The notes beneath the pieces were generated by a model. The model ran no database searches. It was not told where the DNA came from and saw only the letters and a program-made list of their open reading frames with translations. The translations under genes were made by a program, and so were the position numbers. 64,000 bases of DNA from Octopus sinensis (lineage: Eukaryota). The stretch lies in contig NC_043000.1 in the NCBI RefSeq assembly GCF_006345805.1, positions 157,852,001 through 157,916,000 of the forward strand, in the 5' to 3' direction. The first letter of the stretch is position 1; every line of letters begins with the position of its first letter. Positions 53,848 to 64,000 of this stretch are shown here, one piece after another.

Positions 53848-54495
53848 CATAAACGCATATATATTTTCATGTATGTGCATATATAAACGTACACCCCCCT
53901 CCCCCCCACACACACGCACATACACATATAAATATATGTGTGTGTATATAATACTATAATACTATATACACTTGTACACATGTCTCCTACAATTTATACG
54001 CACTTACACACTCAATCACATCGGCACATTCTGCTGCAGATATGTTTATATTTGAATTAAATTATTGTAAGCGGTGGATTCCTGCCGCCGGTTGTATGAG
54101 TTCACTTTTATCATCGTGTTTCTTACCTCTTGAGTAATAAATGACGACTGAAGCTATGTCAAAGAACACTGGTAGTCTCGAACAAATACTTTTCATACAC
54201 ACATCGGTCTTTTGTTTTCTCTCCTATTTATATCCAAATATACTCTCATAGACACAATTATAGAGATATGTATATATATATATATATATACATATATGTA
54301 CATATATGTAAATATACATATATATTAATAGTTATCGCCATAGTTACATGGCAGTCTTATAAATATAAGACTAAAGCTGTCGCTGATTAGCTCCAAGAGG
54401 CCACCGCCTCAAGCTAGCTATTTGACACACAACCTGCGTCCATTATAAACCTTCGAACAAGGGCGGTCAGCCGCTTCTTCCTGCCAGTCAGACAG

Positions 54496-54536
54496 CTGCA
54501 GACATGTTTCAGGGTATTTGCCCTTTATCAATGCAG
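54496..54536 (-). ncRNA. Degenerate minimal hammerhead motif inside a TA-flanked repeat-like segment (about 54330-54630)
   Basis: Minus strand reads CTGCA-TTGATAA-AGGGC aaat ACCCT-GAAAC AT GTC-TGCAG. Stem I is perfect and the GUC triplet is present, but the core differs from CUGAUGA at two positions. Confidence 0.55.
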
Positions 54537-55334
54537 CGTAGTCAGACCCAGCAGGTGTCGCTACTGACTGTCCCTGTTTGAAGAATCTATTTACCTAGTT
54601 TCAGTGGAATACATCCACTTGTTTTCAATATATATATATGCATGTGTGTGTGTGAGTGTAATCAGGAGAATAGTTATTTGGCAACATATTCTATTGTTGC
54701 AAATATTTAATCTTGAAGGAGACTAGTGGCTTGGTGACGTCCCATATGACAACCAACCACATTTTCAGTACATTTTTTCCTCCATTATAATATATTCATT
54801 TATTCAGAACTTGAAATGGATTTTGTGTCGATTTGAACATAGATCGGTTACAAAACATTAATGCGGTGTGCACAATAATATACACGATTAAAGGTTGCTT
54901 TTTTCTCAATAGAGAATTAAGGAAATACGTAAGCAATAGTAAAAATAAAAACGATTATTTCGCTGCGTAAGTTGTTAAGATAGGCATAATTCATGTCCAT
55001 AATTCTAGTACTTAGCAGTGGATTTTACAGAGCTAAGCGGATGAGAGACACATTTTATCCGATTAAAATCGGACAGAATATCGTATGCGAATTAAGGTAA
55101 TGTAGAGACACCGGCACGATATGAATGTCCCACATTCTGGTAAAGAAAATTTCATTTCTAACCATAAACACACTCGCACGCGCACAAACACACGCATACA
55201 CAAAACACACACGTACAGGCAAATACATGCGCTTACACACATGATAAACAGCTAAACTCATACACAATTATATACGTGTGTGTAAATTTGCATACACACA
55301 TATACATACATACAGACACACACACAAATATATG

Positions 55335-55386
<52 letters not shown>

Positions 55387-55429
55387 AATTCAGGGTGAGT
55401 ACTTGATAATTGTAAGCACCTGTATATAC

Positions 55430-55555
55430 CGTTTAGTGATGTAGGTGGTGGAGTGTGCTGGTACCGCATTATGTCGTACGCGACTGAGAGGATTTGCATC
55501 CCCAACGTAGAATTTTTGATGTAATACATGTCCTTGAAGTAGTAATTGTGCGCGG
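55430..55555 (-). CDS. Candidate exon (C): (T)AHNYYFKDMYYIKNSTLGMQILSVAYDIMRYQHTPPPTSLN
   Basis: Acceptor ggccttcttcAG, donor G|gtatat. GC-enriched island with C-ending codons in this frame. Phase 1 to phase 1. The donor was chosen among several GT sites. Confidence 0.6.
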
Positions 55556-55656
55556 CTGAAGAAGGCCATAGACACACATTATGCATTGTTATAAATCCGT
55601 CTAATAAAGGCCCGAAACATATGTACCGCTGAATACTTGGCATCATGTTTTTATTT

Positions 55657-55702
<46 letters not shown>

Positions 55703-56554
55703 GTATGTATATATATACTGTGAGAAAGAGAGAGAAAGAGAGAGAGAGGGAAAGATGGGGAGAAAGATTGGTATTCGCGTATAACCTGTAACTATTTATC
55801 TAAAACGCCTTAATAATCGTTATCCTACAAGATCATCAGTCCAAAATTGAGTGCCTGTTAAAATAGGTGTAATGCCATGAGGCGCGTGCAGTGGCAGAAT
55901 ATTCAAACAGTACATATAACGAAGGGAATACAAGTTGATAAATTTAAATTTCATACGTTTGCGATTTTTTTCAATAGTGGTTAGATAAACTTTTCGTCAG
56001 AGGAGGAAACTCAAAATAAACTTTTGATTAAATAACTGAAGTGAATTGTGTGTAGAGCATAAAAGGATAAAGAATAGAAAGAAATGATTAAAAGTAAGTA
56101 TAAAATATATCATAAAATTTCCACTACAGCACCTCTACTATTGATTAAACAAGAAAACAGGATTACAGCTCGAAAACCGCATATTCTTGACAAGTGTAAT
56201 TATTCTTTAAAATAAGATGTACCTTCCCAGAATTTCACATTTTTTAAAGCATACAGATCGGCACATACCTATTGTGTTTAAATTGTCACTCAATCATTAT
56301 TTGTTCTTTACTCGATCCTTAAGTGACCTGTTATGGAAACTATTGCATGTCATGCTGGCGACGGACCTTCTATCAGGTTGTGCATTATGATCGAAATAGC
56401 AGTCACCTTTTCAAACCCTAATTCCTGTCTTAACAACAAAGGACGCATGGAGTAGAAAATATGCGTTTATGGACATACATACACACCCAGGCACACTCAC
56501 ATATATATGTAAACATGTGTGTGAAGTAGATTTGAGCCCACGACCTTTAAATTT

Positions 56555-56603
<49 letters not shown>

Positions 56604-56694
56604 TTATTTAGTTTCAGCTCACAAGCTGTGGCCATGCTGGGGCACCGCCATTATATATATATATAAATAACATATAAAGAACACCTCTCGAGCG

Positions 56695-56930
<236 letters not shown>

Positions 56931-56944
56931 TATTATTCTTTAAG

Positions 56945-57208
56945 TGAACTCAGAAGTTAGAGTGTCGGGCTCCCAATCATGAAGTGAATTCGATTCCCGG
57001 ACCAGGCTGCGTGCTCTGTATTTTACGCTGCTGCAACTCACTCAGCTGTAGAAGTGAGTTGCGATGCCAATGGTGCCAAACTGCATCGGCCTTTGTCTTT
57101 CCTCTGCATAACATCGGTAGCGTGCAGAGGAAAGGCTGGTACGCATGGGTAATGACTGCTCTTCCATAAACAACCTTACTCGAACTTGTGCCTCGGAAGG
57201 GAACTTCT
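56945..57208 (+). mobile_element. SINE family C copy with a replaced 3' end
   Basis: Colinear with 32832-33125, then switches to a sequence shared with 52455-52545. Confidence 0.75.
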
Positions 57209-58413
57209 AAGACCCGTGAAGTCAGAGGAATTCTGCTAGCAATAGCGGAGAGTAGACCATACAATGGAAGGGCTGATAGCAATCCAGATGGCGGTCCTGA
57301 TCACGATTAGTTTCCACGTCGAAGAAGCTCCCAGAAACTGAGTGTATGTTAGTCGTATATAAATAGACTGAAGTATGTTGATATTTGATTAAGACTCAAT
57401 CCAGAACTTTAACTACGATAACACACTGGATGAGCACAATGCGACATTACTTAGAAATTTCATCGCAATTTCGTTCTACCACCCACTTATAAAATATACA
57501 TCCGTTAAAACTAATTGACCTCAGTAACGGCAAAATATTACAAAGCACATATGTGAAAATTACAAATATAGAAAGTCGTTCTATATGTGAATTTCTGACG
57601 TTAAAATAAGGCTGCAGATTTATCAATTTAATAACCACAGAGTTTGACTCATATTTTGAAACCCGAATGAAAAACTTTGAGTCATTATATTTGAAGGTCA
57701 TACTTTCGAAATATGCCTCTAATTCTATGATGAGAAAAACAATTATATTTTACGAATACAGATGGAAGAAAAATACTTTTGTTTATATTTCTGTTCCCTT
57801 TAAACAGGCGTGAAACGAGCACGAACGTGTGAGCTGGTCAATAATGAGTACCTAACCCATAAAGATATAAATACTTGCTCCTCATTCTTCTCTACTTCTT
57901 GCTTACTTTCTTTCATTATATATTTTACTTTCTTCCTTGCTACTCACGAAATTTCATTTCCCCGTCTTTGTAATGATTTCTTTTCTAATTCAAATGGGGG
58001 CTTTGTAAGTTATATTGTAACTTAGAAACATCCTATTGTTGTATTCAAATCTAGTTTATATTAAAGTTGCTAAAATTATTTACGTAATACACGAGATTAA
58101 ATTAGTTTTACTGCCACATCTTCTGGAACTATTGCTACCATTTCAGCTACGACTGCCAGTGAAGATTGTTGATAAGGTTAAGCAAGACATTGTTGTTGCT
58201 AGTTTTGTTTTTGTAGCATCTCCCTCGAACTACTATCACTAGTCAACATTCGATACTTTAGCTTCATCTTTCTTATTCACAGTCTTTTAATATGTAAATA
58301 TATCAGCTGTTCTCCTCCAAACTTCCTCGTTTCCAGCTGTTTACTGTTATGAGAAGTAACATTTCTCTCTTAGTATACACAACTGCATTCGCACATACAC
58401 GTGCGCGTGTGTA

Positions 58414-58461
<48 letters not shown>

Positions 58462-58464
58462 CAT

Positions 58465-58504
<40 letters not shown>

Positions 58505-59303
58505 CACACACACACACTAATACAAACCCACAAATACGCACACACATACACACACACATATACAGACAGACGTACTTAAATATACATTGAAGGAACGCAT
58601 ACACGTTTCCAACGAGTTGTTAGGCCTTCCAAATGATAAATCTACCAACCGTTTAGGAATAAAATAATTTAATATACTAGTAATAGATATTTAGTTGCTG
58701 ATGTATATTTATAGCTTGAAATACATTCTTTTAGAAGTATATAATCTGTTATTGTTGTTGACTAGCTTTTAAGCGATATTCAATAGATTATAACGATCTG
58801 CTCGATTAGCGCTGAAAAAAACATGTTTTGTTATCTTTTGTTTATGTTAACATGATGTTGCAGACTAATTTGGCAGGTGATTGTTTACTTCGAGGCGAAA
58901 AGTAATATTCTCAGGTCTAATTCTAAATATATTCTCTGCTATTTCTATTGTTGTTATTGTTGTTGATGAAAGGTGCGAATAATCATGATATTTATTTTCT
59001 TACTGATTTAGTATGCTTTTTGTTCTGTAATATTTGGAAAGTATTTCTTTTCCTTAGAAATGTAGGTGTTATTTGAGGCTACGGTGTAGAGTACTTTCTC
59101 TTTGTACCGACCTTTGTATACAAGCATAAACATATACACATACACACACACACAAGGCACGCACGCACACACACACACATTGTTCTCATTATAAGAATTA
59201 TATAAAGCTGTAAACCGTAGCACGTAAATTTTGCGTTTGAGTCCAACGAGCAGGCTCCGACTTTTGCTACAAAAATGAAATCTCCCACCCAAAATTTACA
59301 TAC

Positions 59304-59341
59304 TATTATTCATAGCTTTATATGATTCAAAGATGGCTGAT
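59304..59341 (-). CDS. Candidate 38-nt exon (B): (I)SAIFESYKAMNN
   Basis: Acceptor ttattacgttttAG, donor A|gtatgt. Phase 2 in and phase 1 out is the only open frame, and it links exon A to exon C. Short, so it could be chance. Confidence 0.4.
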
Positions 59342-59869
59342 CTAAAACGTAATAACCTCAACATGAAAGCAAGTTGAGTTCCTAACACGCAAACCATCTC
59401 GAATGAATTTGACCACAGATATACTTGATGAGGATTAGAGTTCACATATGTATGAGTCGTCACATTCGAAATTATACCTCTATATAACGAATAATTCATA
59501 CTAAGTTATTTCTGATAAAATATTTGCATATTCTTGAAGCCAGTGTGTTATTAGAGATTGTTATCAATTCAGGATCTCGGAGTAATGACAGAAGAATCCG
59601 GATCTAATGTGTAAACATTAGTAACTAAATTCAGGAGTGTGCTCTGTTACAATGGGCAATAAATCGGCAAAATCGGCAGAGCGGCAGATAGAACACCGAG
59701 TATTTTCTTCCAGCTCTCTGCGTTCACAATCAGAACAGACCACGAACAGGTCGGTGGAAAGTGGAGCGAGTTTCTAGTGAATGCTGTTTTCAGATACATT
59801 AATATATCAGAAAAAAATCTCCAAAAATGGTTATATGTTCAGTCTAGTAATGTACTGAAACAAAATAAA

Positions 59870-59907
<38 letters not shown>

Positions 59908-59966
59908 TAATAATAATAACAATAATAATAATAATAATGATAATAATATACAGTACCAAGCAACAG

Positions 59967-60479
59967 CTCTCATGGCTTTTGACCTTAACTGATTGGAAGT
60001 ATTACCATGTACATTGGTTTGTCTTGGTATAAAAGATGGGCTACAGCAAATATTCTGCTCAATACCCCCAGATTTGCTTGTCAGTTGTTTGACCTTAACC
60101 AGTTCAGCATGTCCTTTAGTGGCTGACAATATGTACATCTCTGATCATGAGCAGAAGTAGTTAGGGAGCAACATAGCCATATATTAAGAAGAATTCTTTG
60201 GGGTTTGAATAATTCATCTCTCGAAACACGGGCGTTTTGTTAATTTTCCTTAAAAAAACCTTATTTATGGACCTCTTGCGTGGGATGGGCTACTCGACCA
60301 GAAGAAAATTCTAAGGTCATGCGCTATTTATCTGATGTGAGGTCACAATGTAGCGTACACACCGTTGTGATGCATGTGCCTGGTGTTCCCTTATCAGACG
60401 GGTAGCCATGATGGGTATATTGGGCTTCGTATATTTGTACCTCAGTGTCACTTTGATGCCATGTGCTACTCTCCCACTC
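59967..60479 (+). mobile_element. Second copy of the (AAT)n-associated element
   Basis: ctctcatggc...gattggaagt...ggtataaaagatgggctacagc...cttatcagacgggtag...ctcccactc, preceded by (AAT)n and followed by a decayed aataa tail. Confidence 0.75.
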
Positions 60480-60719
60480 AATAAAAATAAGAATAAGAAC
60501 GATGGTGATGATAATAATTATAATCCAGTTAATTAGAACTGAATCCTTTCTCAGCCATCTCTACTGAATTGGGTCACTTAACATTAAAAAACTGATTGAG
60601 ATCAGGCAATCATTCAATCAATCTATCAAACTGTGCGTGTGTTTGTTTGTTTATGTATAGTTATGTGTACATGTATGAAGGTATACAAACATACATACAT
60701 ACATACATATATATATATG

Positions 60720-60750
<31 letters not shown>

Positions 60751-60751
60751 G

Positions 60752-60783
<32 letters not shown>

Positions 60784-61626
60784 TCGATATGTAGTGGCGC
60801 ACCTGCGCATTTCTAATTACTTTATTTGCATGTAATTAGACACCTGTATATATGTAATTATTAGGTTCTATGTTTTTATACATGTTCCTCTCTGTCGTCT
60901 GTCTTTCTAAATGCATGTGCATATATACATTTACACGTGTATGTATTGATGTGTCAGTGTGTGTGTGTGTGTAAGAGAGAGTGTGTGTGTGAGGAAAGAG
61001 AGAGTATAAGAGAAGTAGGAGAACGATAGAACGATAGAGACAGAGAATCCCGCCACGTATATCCAAATAATTCATTTATGCAGCGATGTAGTGTTTTTAA
61101 TAAGTCTAAACAATGCTACTAGCCATCTGTTATTCTCTCTAATCATTGCGCAACGTTTCATGAAACGAAATTCCACATTCTATTGTATACATATTCCCTT
61201 TGTAGATAGATTCCAGACTATATCGGATTGTTCTTTATTCAGTTTAGCACGATTCTCTCTGAGCAAATATTAGATCCCAACTTACTAAATCCAATTTGTC
61301 TCTGTTCACAAATATGCATAACCAGGCTGGAAATGGTTTACAAGAATTTACAAAATTCAACTTTATTTGTGTCTCTGATCAGCAAATGAGGGATTGCAGT
61401 CGTTCTATTCTAACAAGATGGTTGTTCGATCATTTCTTATTAGCATAGAATATGGTATTGCTTTGGCGAGAACTTTACTCAGTTAGTTGCACAAAGCACC
61501 ATGCAGCATAGAACAATGGAGCTTAGAAATGTAAAAGATCTGATATGTTTTCTTTCAATTGAAATTTACATAATAAAAAGACCTGATCAATAGATCAGTA
61601 GACTATTGGTTTACTATACTATTTAC

Positions 61627-61694
61627 ATATATAAAATGGATTGTTCCATGCTGCCTCGAGTGCCGTGATTTATACGACTGGACTCGGTTTCCAT
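61627..61694 (-). CDS. Candidate first coding exon (A) of a minus-strand multi-exon gene: METESSRINHGTRGSMEQSILY + 2 nt
   Basis: ATG in CACCATGG context with an in-frame TAG 6 nt upstream. Acceptor tgtcttcaataaAG at 61752-61753, so the exon with its UTR part spans 61627-61751. Donor AT|gtaaat, phase 2. Confidence 0.45.
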
Positions 61695-62811
61695 GGTGTG
61701 CTAGTGACTGAGGATAATCCGCATAAGTGGTTGATGAAAGTCCCGCATCAACTTTATTGAAGACACAACATACAAATTCAAATGAGGACAGATTTTTACC
61801 GTAAAAAGTCATATTACATGTTCTTCAGGGAATTTATTAAACGTTATCAAATGTCAAGGATGTAATGAAGATCACATAGGTAAAACAAAGCTTTCTCTAA
61901 GAAATAGACTGACCGTTCACCGACAACAAATGCAAGACCTCGGTACTAATCAGATTTCACTGAATAGACACATAGACATGTGTGCAAAATTAAGTCCCCC
62001 AAATTCCACTTCTTCCCACTCTACCAATGTTCAGCGAATACCACAGATGAACATAAATGAACACAGAAAATACTTTCATACAAAAATACAAGCCAATACT
62101 TAACGATCTCTAACAGTGTACATACGCAAATTATTATTCGCTCACAAAACTAATATTGCTACTTAACATGATGAATCTACACAGCTAACAACCTAAACTT
62201 TAGCCAATGGACTACATACAAACGACTCCTGTCCACTCTTCCACCAGACAGGTTAAATTTGTTGGCGCAAAATATACAGTCACGTGGCACTAACACAAGC
62301 CTAACGGGAAACATGCAAATTATGTGTTCATTCTCTACCGACACTTGACAAAACATTCAGAGCATTGATTGTTTAGACATATTCAGTCAACTGTGTCTGC
62401 CTTAACTTACGGCGCTGAACATTGTCACTTGATACTAACACACGGACGTAGCGGGGAACCTACAAAACTTTCTAAGACCAGTCATGTGACTATTCTCTAC
62501 CAATCAGTCCTATTCAAAGCATATACTAATTGGAGCCATGAACCCCCTATAAACATAGGGTAGGCTTCAAACACTAGTAAGAAGCAAGACAGCTGCGAAT
62601 TAAGACACGGCTTTCTATTTCAACTTTTTGAAAATCTGTGTAAACTGTGAAACCGGTTAAAGCTTTAAATATATTAATAAAGAATATTCTAACTACACAC
62701 ACACATATACCCCCACCCCCATACCTCCCCATATATATGTATATATATATATATACACATATATACGATATTTTCAGACTGAGATAAAAATCCAAGGCTG
62801 TGAAAGAGTTT

Positions 62812-63141
62812 CCCATTCTGAGATTTTTTTTACATGTACACATGCTGATATATGACCTACGTTGGACTCCTCATTCGCATAATCACCATACCTGGAGCTT
62901 AACTATAGTCTGTCCACAGCACTTACTCAGCATTACTTGACACATTTGGGTTTTATTGACACCATTACCTCTCATAACCTCTCTCTCTCTCTCTCTCTCT
63001 CTCTCTATGTATATATATATATAGTATAGTTAAGCTCCAGGTTCGGTGATTATGCGAATGAGGAGCCCAACGTAGGTCATATATATATATGACCTACGTT
63101 GGGCTCCTCATTCGCATAATCACCGAACCTGGAGCTTAACT

Positions 63142-63185
<44 letters not shown>

Positions 63186-63279
63186 AGTTAAGCTCCAGGT
63201 TCGGTGATTATGCGAATGAGGAGCCCAACGTAGGTCATATATCAGCATCTGCATATATGAAAAAAAATAACAGAATGAG
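62812..63279. repeat. Nested fold-back structure: a 56-bp unit four times in +,-,+,- orientation
   Basis: Unit atgacctacgttgggctcctcattcgcataatcaccgaacctggagcttaactata at about 62852(+), 63025(-), 63089(+) and 63183(-). The outer arms extend to about 95 bp. Confidence 0.9.
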
Positions 63280-63594
63280 ATAAAAATCCGAGGCTGTGAA
63301 AGATTTCAGAAAAATTATAAATAGAAGGTCTTACAGCTGTTTCCGGGATATTTTATATAACGCTTCATCGGAGACGGTGTGAGAAAATACTTAAGCAACA
63401 GTTATTCTACATAAGATATGAAATAGAGATTGAAGTGGAGGAATGAGAATAGACGTGAGATATGCAGGGATATTTTATCTTCAGTTCCATTATTTAGGCA
63501 GAATGGTATACATATAAGATTCCTGTACGACCTTCTATTTATAAATTTTCTGAAATCTTTCACAGCCTCGGATTATTTTTATCGCATTCTGTTA
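63268..63594. mobile_element. MITE-like element with about 70-bp imperfect terminal inverted repeats
   Basis: aacagaatgagataaaaatccgaggctgtgaaagatttcagaaaaattataaatagaaggtc versus gaccttctatttataaattttctgaaatctttcacagcctcggatta...cattctgtt. Confidence 0.7.
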
Positions 63595-63626
63595 ATTTCT
63601 ATATATATATATAACTCATCCTGTTA

Positions 63627-63669
<43 letters not shown>

Positions 63670-64000
63670 ATATATGCATATAGATACATGTATATATATA
63701 TTATATATATATTATACACACACACACACACATATATATATATCATATATATATCATATATATATATATATATATATATATCATATATATGCATGTATGT
63801 TTATATGTATATGACTCACTCGAATATAGCATTGCGTAGAAATGTCTGTACATTTTTTGATTTATCTAATTGTAATATTAAATATAAAAAGAAGCAACAA
63901 CTTGTAAGTTAAGATATAAACAGAGTCGACACACAATAAACACAGAAAAGTACTTAAAATTTGCGGTTATTGCTCCAGTCGGGCGTTCACATTGGTGGTT

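Noticed and set aside
57447-57701. Hydrophobic minus-strand ORF as a further membrane exon
   Set aside because: AT-rich sequence gives F/I/L/Y-rich peptides by chance, and the polypyrimidine tract is poor.
62843-63248. CRISPR-like repeat-spacer array
   Set aside because: Eukaryotic context, units alternate in orientation, and they are separated by microsatellite rather than unique spacers.

Overview
AT-rich, microsatellite-dense eukaryotic DNA with one 100-N gap (8608-8707). The tRNA-headed SINEs and the microsatellite load point to an octopus (inference). Most ORFs in the supplied track are microsatellite read-throughs. By hand I can assemble a minus-strand spliced gene from six small exons at 61.7, 59.3, 55.5, 44.4, 39.4 and 26.6 kb, plus a possible last exon at 17.4 kb. 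All junctions are GT-AG and phase-compatible, giving about 213 aa (+15 aa) with a hydrophobic C-terminal part that I cannot name. The rest is transposon-derived: at least four SINE families, three non-autonomous Helitrons, mariner remnants, two R4/Dong-type LINE fragments, a Tx1/L1-type 3' fragment set in (ATCT)n, and an (AAT)n-embedded 0.5 kb element. The most striking object is a young 1.77 kb Penelope-like insertion (19387-21158). It has near-identical 0.6 kb inverted arms, a GIY-YIG endonuclease fragment, and an intact type I hammerhead ribozyme fold in each arm. Three more minimal hammerhead-like motifs sit in (TA)n-flanked elements on the host gene's sense strand. A second recurring theme is local fold-back duplication centred on (TA)n tracts (42.4 kb, 63.1 kb).
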